DNA from: Salisapilia sapeloensis CBS 127946
Taxonomy: Eukaryota; Protista; Oomycota
Length of the DNA: 34,855 nt
Direction of reading: 5' to 3'
Assembly (NCBI GenBank): GCA_023334545.1
Contig: JAADVB010000206.1
Span: forward strand, 1-34,855
The notes under the pieces were generated by a model. That model was given only the letters and a program-made list of their open reading frames with translations. It made no database searches and was not told where the DNA came from. The translations under genes were made by a program, and so were the position numbers. How positions within the stretch are numbered: the first letter of the stretch is position 1; every line of letters begins with the position of its first letter. This document shows, piece after piece, positions 1 to 10,914 of the stretch.

Positions 1-334
1 CGTTGGCAAAACGATATCCTTTCGCATATTTCACCCCCGTTGTTTCTCCAGACGTTAAACAAAAAGAGAACTCTGACAGCAACTTCATGGATCCAACGAA
101 AGAATACAGAGCTGCCACACCATTAAAAGAGTCATTAGAGGGCAGGCACAATACTTGCGAAATTGATCCACCGCCTTTTGCAGCGTTGGCAAAGCGTTAT
201 TCTTTCGCATATTTCACCCCCGTTGTTTCTCCAGACGTTAAACAAAAAGAGAACTCTGACAGCAACTTCATGGATCCAACGAAAGAGTGCAGAGCTGCCA
301 CACCATTAACAACTTTATCAAAGGGCAGGCACAA
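1..334 (+). repeat. Coding tandem repeat, 183-nt (61-aa) period, copies at about 1-151 and 184-334
   Basis: CGTTGGCAAA..TTCGCATATTTCACCCCCGTTGTTTCTCCAGACGTTAAACAAAAAGAGAACTCTGACAGCAACTTCATGGATCCAACGAAAGA occurs nearly identically from position 1 and from 184. Confidence 0.95.
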
Positions 335-1412
335 AAAGTCTGTGGAAGATGATTGCAGTGTGTGTAGAAACTTAGAGGATGCTGCTTCAAGTAGGAGTCA
401 CAAGACTAATGCAGCACATCATCCGAGTTTGCTTTGCCGAGGTAGCAAGTCCAAAGCATGTGACTCAAAGTCGACGGATTCCTTGACACACGAAGCTCCT
501 GTGATGCTTGCAAGACGGCCAAGTCGAAGAATCGACACTGCAGGCAGAAAGCCATCAACATCCATGTCACCACCAACATTGCCAACTTCTTTAAAGCTAC
601 CTTATGATCCGCCGATAAAGGACGCAATAGAGATGACGACTGTTGTTCATGCGAATGTAATGAACAATCGCATTCATCCGTGTGAACTGAACGAAGAAAA
701 AATGCTCTGCAGCACCATGAAAGAAGGGTCTGAGAAGGATTTGGAACCAGAAATAAAGGCTCCGAGAGAGGGCGAGTTTAGTGATTGTCTACAAGATCAC
801 AAAGCGACCAAACGCACGCTACCCGACCACCGTTCGAGTCGAGAATGCAACGAAGCAAATGCGTCTGCGAATGTAGAAGTGAGTGGAAACTGTGCACTGG
901 AGTCTGGAGATGCCACCAGCAATTTATCGTTAAAGAAAGAAGCGACGACAGATACACCGCATGGACCAAGAGATGGCTGGCAACCAAAGCGTCGAAACGT
1001 ACCTGCTGATAGTCCAAAGAAAGACAAATCACCTCATGCTCCGACAACTAAAAACATTCAACGATCCCGAAATGCGCTTGGATTGCGTTCTATATCAGCT
1101 GCTCATGACTCCTTGCGCAATGTATATTATCGAAAGTCCTTGCGCAAGCTTAATGAGGACGCGAGGGTACAAGTATCTGAAGGTCAGGCACTGAAAGATT
1201 TGCAAGAGCATGATCTGTCCATGGTGAACGACAAAGATGCTGTGCACACGAAATCCGCACGCAGAACAAATTCACTCAAGACAATCAAGACGCAGCTTGA
1301 CCATGATTCACCACGTCGTCTGAAGTCTGTCGCCAATTTGCTAGGAATAAGTACTCGCTCGGCATCTACCACGAAAGAAAAGTGGGCATCATCAGCTTGT
1401 TCTATCATGTAG
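3..1412 (+). CDS. Hypothetical low-complexity protein, C-terminal part (open at window start), with a 61-aa tandem repeat
   Basis: 469-codon open frame running off the window edge; Ser/Lys/Arg/Asp-rich; in-frame 183-nt duplication; no recognisable domain. Confidence 0.6.
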   Translation: MAKRYPFAYFTPVVSPDVKQKENSDSNFMDPTKEYRAATPLKESLEGRHNTCEIDPPPFAALAKRYSFAYFTPVVSPDVKQKENSDSNFMDPTKECRAATPLTTLSKGRHKKSVEDDCSVCRNLEDAASSRSHKTNAAHHPSLLCRGSKSKACDSKSTDSLTHEAPVMLARRPSRRIDTAGRKPSTSMSPPTLPTSLKLPYDPPIKDAIEMTTVVHANVMNNRIHPCELNEEKMLCSTMKEGSEKDLEPEIKAPREGEFSDCLQDHKATKRTLPDHRSSRECNEANASANVEVSGNCALESGDATSNLSLKKEATTDTPHGPRDGWQPKRRNVPADSPKKDKSPHAPTTKNIQRSRNALGLRSISAAHDSLRNVYYRKSLRKLNEDARVQVSEGQALKDLQEHDLSMVNDKDAVHTKSARRTNSLKTIKTQLDHDSPRRLKSVANLLGISTRSASTTKEKWASSACSIM

Positions 1413-2260
1413 TCGTGTATTTGTGCAGTGGTTTCCATGAGTATCCATCTAAAGTGAAGTAAACGATGCGTTTCTAGCGAGCATGATGTAAACATTGTTT
1501 GTGCTATCTAAATCCGATGCATCCTACACATACAAAAGTACTAGCATAGAGATCCGGAGCGTTCGCATATCCGAGGATGCTGAGGGGTGAATTGAAAGCA
1601 AGGTCGAACGCAATTCGTTTTATATGCTAAAGGAAGAAGAAGATGAGGTTCGATAGATTAAATTAGGAATAATGTTTGTACTATCAGATCATAATAATCT
1701 CAAGATAAATCTTTTATCGGATTATTCTTGTTGCGAATAAACCAAGTTACTATGAGTTTAAGAGATAGTGAATTTGGATGGCCTTGACAATGGGTCTATG
1801 GACGAAAGTCTTAGTAGAGAATGATTTTTAACTTTGTGTAGCAGAAGCTAAACTTTTTGAACGATATCAAGACAAGTGTGGGTGAGACCTTGCACTACAT
1901 ACAAGTTAAGCTTACTTGTTATTTGTTTCAAGGTGATCGTGCAGCCAGTCCAACACATAGAAACCTAGAGCAGAGTGATACTGCAATTTGAGTTTCATTT
2001 CATGCCACATTTCCATGTAAAACTTTATCATCGTACGAACTAGTAGTGACTAAGCGACTTGAGCACAAAATACAGTGATAAAAGTAGTCCAAGTGCCCAT
2101 GAACCAGAATGAAGCGCCCTTTAATACCTGGGACGACCTCCTCGAGTACTATTTTCAAGCACTTTATTTTGTCCAATCTATGTTGCATATCAGTGATTTC
2201 TACCAATGAAAAGCCTAATCTTGACAACAATGTAAAAAGTTCAAAAATCGACATTAAGTG

Positions 2261-3523
2261 ATGGCGCAAGGTATCGCTTCAGCCTTTGTGCGCAAGCTGT
2301 ACCGCATCCTGGACGTAGAAGACAACCAAATCATTAGCTGGGGATCGTCAGGAACTTCCTTCATTATCCACGATAGCATTAGACTCAATGCTGACATTTT
2401 ACCAAGGTATTTCCGAGGTCGCCTCGTCGCCTTTCGACAGCAGTTGATCGATCACGGATTTAAACGCATGGAAGATGGAGACGACAAGGATGCAGAGATT
2501 TATTACCATGTTGACTTTATTCAGGGTGAACCAGGTCGACTCGCTCGTATCGTACGGGCACCGACGAGCAAGAAACCAAGCCGGTCAAAATCACTTCCCG
2601 AAACGAAGCAAGACAGCTCGGATAGATTCCAACAGGCAGTCACAAGTGATTCGAACCCAGGTTCATTACGAGTTAAAATAATGACGAAGAAAGCCCATGG
2701 AAACGATACTTCATGTCGGAAGCGACCGGCGCCAGATGACAGTGAGCAGGAACAGCGCTTTCGTCCCGTTCCGATGTGCAAATCAGATCAGAGTGAGGTT
2801 GAGAATGCGCCTCCTGCACCTCCAAATCCACTTTTTACCGATGGGCCAGATGCAGATGATCCACTGTCGATTACGCACTTTTTAAAAGGCAGACAACTAC
2901 CGACAAGTACCGAGTTACCAGACCCGATTAGCTATCTAAGTAGTAACGATGGTAGGCAAGATATGGATGCAACTACTTCGTACGTAGCAGATCCGCCAAG
3001 TGTTTCGGAGAATGTCTTCCGGTCTGCGCTCCATCGTTTAATTTCAGATGCAGGAGAAGAACAGAAAGCAGCACCAGCACAAGTGTTAAATGAGGATAAA
3101 GAAGCGTCTGCATCACAGGTACTCGCCTCGCTACTTGCCTCTTCCACGTCGTATAGTAGACAAGAACCAAAGATGAATGCGACAAAAGGTGTGAATCCAC
3201 TCTTTAGTGATGCAAAAGCGGACGACGGACAGGATAGTCTATGGCATTTACTCGTGGAATCATCTGTCGGACGTGTAAAGGAAAGTATCTCCAAATTAAA
3301 GACACCACAGGAACGATTGGAAGTCGTGAAGGAAGAACGTGAACGGTTGGAAAAGCATCGAAATCAACTGGAGCAGTCGCGTCAAGGTGGGACACAAGAG
3401 TCGGACGTGACGATCCCAGATGCTGCGTACGGACAAGCGGATGATGATCAGTTATGGAGATTGCTCATGACATCGTCCGTCGACATGTTCCGTCGTGCCA
3501 CAAACCCCGATCGTCCGACCTAG
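2261..3523 (+). CDS. HSF-type DNA-binding domain protein (divergent heat shock factor family), intronless
   Basis: The N-terminus SAFVRKLYRILD..IISW..GTSFIIHD..ILPRYF..F.QQL..HGF..YYH.DF.QG matches the HSF winged-helix fold. ATG is at 2261; the track's 2258 start is GTG. Confidence 0.85.
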   Translation: MAQGIASAFVRKLYRILDVEDNQIISWGSSGTSFIIHDSIRLNADILPRYFRGRLVAFRQQLIDHGFKRMEDGDDKDAEIYYHVDFIQGEPGRLARIVRAPTSKKPSRSKSLPETKQDSSDRFQQAVTSDSNPGSLRVKIMTKKAHGNDTSCRKRPAPDDSEQEQRFRPVPMCKSDQSEVENAPPAPPNPLFTDGPDADDPLSITHFLKGRQLPTSTELPDPISYLSSNDGRQDMDATTSYVADPPSVSENVFRSALHRLISDAGEEQKAAPAQVLNEDKEASASQVLASLLASSTSYSRQEPKMNATKGVNPLFSDAKADDGQDSLWHLLVESSVGRVKESISKLKTPQERLEVVKEERERLEKHRNQLEQSRQGGTQESDVTIPDAAYGQADDDQLWRLLMTSSVDMFRRATNPDRPT

Positions 3524-4309
3524 TGGCGCGACCATCTCGCGGCGTGATACGGTCCGTCGTACTTTGTCGAGGTCATCTAAACCGTTAAATTACGATCACA
3601 CACTTCAATACGACGATATGCTCCAAGTCTGTTACTGACCCATTCAAACTTTGAACGAACGATTGCTGCCTGTAGTCTCGACGTCTATCCTGACCACACA
3701 CACCGTCTCGATACGTACACTGAAGCTACTAGCGCATAGCTTCAACTTGGAAACGTAGCTGTCTCTGATTAGCGTAAAACACAATATACCGTGCTTCATT
3801 GGATAAAATACAACGCATCCATCGTCTCAATTTTTTATTACATTTGTTGCGTTCGTGTTGTCATAGAATGCAGCTACTTTTGTTGGACGGGGGTAAGCGG
3901 AGAAACAACGGCATAAAAAGCCCCGCAAACGCCGCGCCAGCAACGCCTAGTGAACGCGCTACTTGCGTCTATCCAACCTTGGACTTGTGCTTTATATTCG
4001 CAGTCCAGTCGTGCTACTACCGTTTCACACTTTCGTACGCTCTATTCGTGCTTGGTGTCTACCTCGAGCATTCTTTTTTTGCCACCTTCACTTCGTCATC
4101 AAATCGATCCACGAGCACTTTGTCATTCGTGCAAGTGGTTTATCTGCATCAGTCACAGAGTTTGTACTAGTTCGTGTCTCTTGATCACGATCTTGCGTAC
4201 TGTTTGTATCGTCACGGACTCAAGGCCTTGGTATCGCGTAGCAACTTGTGAAAACACCCAAGGTAAAAGGAAGGAACAGAGCAACCGTAAGCGGAAGAGA
4301 GATCCAGGT

Positions 4310-5617
4310 ATGTCGAAGGATGGAGAGAGCGCGCCACGGCCACCATCTGGCTCGTTGGATGCAGCCTTGCACTCGGCAGATGATGCCATGATCGGCGATT
4401 CACTCGACGTCGTCGCCGAAGCGAAACGCGTCATTCGGCATTTCCTACAGAACTATTCGTGCTACGATGTCATCAAGAACAGTGGAAAAGTAGTCGTCTT
4501 TGACGTCAATATCCCCATCAACCTCGCTTTCTTCGCTCTAGTAGAACATGGTAATATGACATGATCAAGTCCACCTCTCGCCTTCGAGAGCTCATGCATG
4601 TGTATAGATATCAAGTCAGTTCCAGTATGGGATGCAGATCAAGGTCAATTCGTCGGTATGTTCACCGCGACGGACTTTGTTAACATCTTACGGCACTTTT
4701 ACATCCGTGGATCACCCATGAATGAGCTATCGGAACACAGCATCGCGTCATGGAGAGGTAGCTCAACCTCATCCTACTCTTCTATTCCTACATGACTAAC
4801 TCTACTCCTAGCGATTCCACCAGCCATCTCCATGTCTCCCGTTCGAGACGGCATGGTCGCTATTACACCGGAAGAATCGCTCTATGAAGCCTGTGCTCGG
4901 TTACAAAGCCATCGGCTGCATCGACTCCCGATCGTCGATCCAGTGCAGAATAGTGTCTTGGCAGTTCTTACGCACAGCGGTATTCTCGAGTTCCTCGTGT
5001 CGACATTTCGTGAACAGCGACGGCTGTTTGATCAACCGATTGCGGATCTCGGCATCGGCTCCTTTTCGTCTTTGATCACGGTGCCGGAAAGTATGCCGCT
5101 CATCCGAGTGCTCCACACTCTTATCGAACAGCATGTCTCTGCTGTCCCGATCGTTGATTCCAATGGTACCCTAGCTTTCTCTTTTTTTGATAGTCTACAA
5201 GTACTAATGTGTATGGTCTCGTAGGCGTTGTTGTGAATATTTATTGTGTATCCGATGTCACTGTACGTTCTTGCTTTATCTACTGGCAAAAAAATTGACT
5301 GATGTATGTTTCTCGAATAGGAATTGGTGAAAGACCGGTCGTTGGCACAGTTAGATATGCCAGTGGGGGAGATCTTACACATCCAAGCTGCCGAGGTACC
5401 TTTGTTTCTACCTATAACAATGCACTTGATCCTCATGTCAATGTACTAGGGCAACATGGGCGAGGGTTTACACTTGTGCTACAAGACGGATACACTGCAC
5501 ATGATCTTTGAGCGCTTTGCAGCAGTGAAGGCGCATCGATTGGTTTGTGTGAATGAGGTATCTCAATGCGTCGGCATCGTGTCCTTGAGCGATCTATTCA
5601 ACTACTTCATCGAGTAG
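4310..5617 (+). CDS. SNF4: AMP-activated protein kinase gamma / SNF4 subunit (4 CBS domains), about 6 exons
   Basis: CYDVIKNSGKVVVFDVNIPINLAFFALVEH/DIKSVPVWD..GMFTATDF, HRLPIVDP, SAVPIVD, HRLVCV..VGIVSLSDLFNYF. GT-AG introns (e.g. 4551-4607, 4758-4811) join the frames; stop TAG 5615-5617. Confidence 0.93.
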
Positions 5618-5755
5618 TGATTTTCTTTTTCTTTTCTTTCTTTTTTCCTCCGACCGCCACGAAAAAGAGTTACAAGACATAAGCAAAATAGGTAGATTGT
5701 CAACGGTATCCGCTCCTCTTCTCTCTTGTTACCGTTGTGGATATAGACACGTAGG

Positions 5756-6094
5756 TTACTTAGTCATGTTGTCCAAATGCTTGCGAAGTTGATCGACACT
5801 GCAAGAACCGAGACCGATCGGAGGGTCTTGACCGAGCGTATGGTACTTGTTATGGATTTTACCCAGTAGCTCGTCCTTTTCACGACGGTCACGTAAGCTC
5901 TTGGCTTTCGTCGCGTCCGAGGAACCACCTTGACGCCAGTCTGACTGACGACGTTCCGCTGCTTCCGCCGCTTTGGCTCGTTTCTCCGAGTTTGTCGGCT
6001 GTCTTACTTGATGGTCGTTAGGAGCAGGATTCCCACGAGTTGGTTCATGCTCTTGGACGGTGTCTAGCTGGCTTTTAGACGAGCAGCAGCCCAT
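5756..6094 (-). CDS. SVIP: SVIP-like small VCP/p97-interacting membrane-anchored protein
   Basis: N-terminal MGCCSS (myristoylation/palmitoylation pattern) plus KRAKAAEAAERR, an exact Rx5AAx2R VIM consensus, as in SVIP. Confidence 0.75.
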   Translation of the reverse strand: MGCCSSKSQLDTVQEHEPTRGNPAPNDHQVRQPTNSEKRAKAAEAAERRQSDWRQGGSSDATKAKSLRDRREKDELLGKIHNKYHTLGQDPPIGLGSCSVDQLRKHLDNMTK

Positions 6095-6205
6095 GCCGAC
6101 GAGGTACTTGACCGCTTCTTCTGGTTGTTCAATGATAATTTGCGTAGTGTCATGGGGTAGAAATAGCGATCATTAACTCGCATCGTACTTGGTTCCTCGT
6201 CCAGC

Positions 6206-8351
<2,146 letters not shown>

Positions 8352-9741
8352 AGGTAAGATTGTAGCATGTTCGACGTATCAACCTTCGGACGTCTCTCTT
8401 TGGATCCTGTTGTTAAGGATTCGTATATTTTGACACACTTCGCTTCTAGCATACTTGAATAAAGTTTCTAAAAGCTTTGTACCTTGAGAAGACATGAAAG
8501 TGTTAGGTCGCGTTCATGCTGAATACTGATTTGGCATATTTGGGGCTTTATCTTTTGTAATTCTCTTTATGATTATCGGATCGGGAAGTTCCGCGTTCGC
8601 TGAAAGTAGCCGATTTTGTTTCGTCACTTCATAAACTTGGTCCAACTTACCGCTTAAGCTCCATACTCTGTTAAATTTGAGATTTCTATTGCTGTGCTCG
8701 CTGCAGCATGAGTTGTGTGAAGATCGCAACATATAGATGACGTCCTTGGATTGAACTAGGCCTGAATACAAACACCCTTCGATACTATCTACGTCGATTT
8801 CAATCAGGCCGATTCAAGAGGCATAATACCGATTAATTCGGACGGAGTTGTTCTCGTATTGCAGTTTTTGCCTCGCGTAATTGCTGATTGCCCTCTCAAC
8901 GAACACGACTTTGCTTCTTTTTGGTACATTTCTGTCTTCGTCTTGGATGCAATCGTAAGGAAACTATCTTCGAGAAGTCTCCAAGGCACGCCTGATGCTC
9001 GAAGTGTGCACATTTGAAAAAGCGCGCGAAAGGCTTCGTGAGCTCTTCGCTGTTATTTCGCAACATGCATAGTACAGTGGTAGATGAAATAATTGGGCGA
9101 TCTTTGTGACTCACACTGTACTATGTCCCACTGAAATGGCGTAGGGCTTAATCTTGCGATTAAATCGAATGCAACTTCAACCTGAAGGACTCCCGACGAT
9201 CCACCACGATGAGCTCGATACTAGCCCCACCAAGACATCTTAGAAGAACGAACGATGTACGTGAATATGTCTGAAAAGGTAAATATCGACGCAAAAGTAG
9301 GATGAACCGCGAAAGACATGGGCATTGATTCCTACTGCATATAAAAATGCCTCTTATTCCTTGCATAATCCCCGAATATCCGCTTAACGAGCACAGCCTA
9401 CTTTTGTAAAAGATTTTACAAGTAAAATAAAAGTTGTATCTTACTTTTCTTTTTACGCAGCAGTCTTTAAACTCATCTACGTTGCCTATATCTAGGAAAT
9501 CGTCATCGATCGATGTTAGTAGAATTTTAAAGCTATAGGTGACAACTCTTAATGGATGAGTTGATCGTGAATCTTGCGCATCTCCAGATGGAAATAGGAT
9601 GGACGGATGGACGATCATGTATGATTGTATCGCGATCTCGAGTCCAAGTATCTTTCGATGCGCGTTTATAAGTTTATCACATTGGCATGAAGAACGAATG
9701 GTATTAAGACTTGGTAACGTTTGTTTCTTTTGAGTTTTGTC

Positions 9742-10740
9742 TTACTGGTTGGTAAAGTTCGGGTCACGCTTCTCGACAAAGGCAGCCATGCCTTCCTTCT
9801 GGTCCTTCGTGGCAAAGGAGCTCCAGAAGAGGCGGCTCTCGAACTTGAGGCCCTCCTGCAACGACTGCTCGTTGGCAGCGTTCACAGCCTCCTTGGCCAT
9901 CTTCACGACCGGCTGAGAGAACGACGCGATCTTCTCGGCAGTCGCCACAGCTTCGTCAAGAAGCTTCTCCGGGGCAACGACACGAGCGACGAGTCCGTCA
10001 CGCTCGGCCTGGTGGGCATCGATGAAGCGGCCGGTGAGAATCATGTCCATGGCCTTGGCCTTGCCGACGGCACGGATGAGACGCTGGGTGCCACCGCAGC
10101 CAGGGATCGTTCCAAGCGTGATCTCCGGCTGGCCAAACTTGGCCTTCTCTCCAGCAATAATGTAGTCGCATAGCATAGCGAGTTCACATCCACCGCCAAG
10201 GGCGAATCCGTTGACAGCCGCGATGACCTAGGACGATGATGAGATGACGTACTTGAAGATGGTGGAAGGATACATACAGGCTTGTTAATCTTGGAGATGT
10301 CGCTCCAGTTGGCAAACATGTTCGACGTGTACGCGTCGACGAATTCCTTCTGCGCCATCTCCTTAATGTCCGCACCAGCTAGTACACGTCATTAGAACAA
10401 GATAGATCCAAGTAGATGTAGAGGATCGTACCAGCAAAGGCTTTTTCGCTGCCCGTGAGGACGATGCAGCCAACGTTGCTGTCAGCGTCAAAGGCATGGG
10501 CGGCACCGTTGATCTCTTCAATCAACGGAGACGACAGTGCGTTAAGTGCCTGAAGATACGTGAGCAAACGCGTGGTGATACGTAAAAGGATTTACGGACC
10601 TTTGGACGGTTGAGCGTGATGATACCGACTTTGCCGCGCGTTTCCGTTAGAATGTGTTCATATTCAGGCGCATTGGCAAAGGTTCGAGCCATCTTCGGGA
10701 GTGCAGAGAGAGTGGTAGATGTGCGGCGGAGTGCGTACAT
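9742..10740 (-). CDS. ECHS1: Mitochondrial short-chain enoyl-CoA hydratase (crotonase), multi-exon
   Basis: [67 protein letters not shown] (both catalytic Glu). Arg/Ser/Thr-rich presequence-like N-terminus [21 protein letters not shown]. Confidence 0.96.
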
Positions 10741-10746
10741 TAGTGA

Positions 10747-10760
10747 AAATTCGAAAATGA
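10747..10760 (-). promoter_or_regulatory. Candidate oomycete INR/FPR core promoter of the enoyl-CoA hydratase gene
   Basis: Minus strand TCATTTTCGAATTT versus consensus TCATTYYNCAWTTY (one mismatch), just upstream of the ATG at 10740. Confidence 0.55.
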
Positions 10761-10914
10761 ATTCTGATCGCTTATTGCTCCTCCTCCGGCGAAACTTCAA
10801 GAACGAATTAGCATTGCGCGCAATCTGATTAGGCAGATTACGTGCTAAAAGGTACGGATTAGTATGCGCATCGAAACGTAAAACGTATCAAGAAACGAAG
10901 GGGGCGTAAGGCGG

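Noticed and set aside
1556-1575. GTTCGCATATCC resembling a tRNA T-loop
   Set aside because: No cloverleaf, D-arm or acceptor stem can be formed around it.
1441-2260. Short frames upstream of the HSF gene, including the 89-aa minus ORF 2000-2269 and a + fragment FNTWDDLLEYYFQALYF
   Set aside because: The minus ORF would start within a few bases of the HSF start codon, and the + fragment has no ATG or splice model. The resemblance to channel or MULE motifs is too short to support.
3799-4309. ORFs 3799-4170 and the 120-aa N-terminal extension of 3950-4564
   Set aside because: Non-ATG starts, no in-frame Met before 4310, and no protein-like signature; probably promoter or 5' UTR.
5618-5650. T-rich tract after the AMPK gamma stop codon
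   Set aside because: Ordinary pyrimidine-rich 3' UTR sequence between convergent genes; not a bacterial-type terminator.
9721-10173. 150-aa + ORF overlapping ECHS1, and similar antisense ORFs over the ODA-DC-like gene (18808-19470), NUP62 (28685-29302), the HPS5-like gene (14203-14991) and the SDRs
   Set aside because: Antisense or alternate-frame shadows of real coding sequence, expected from codon bias.
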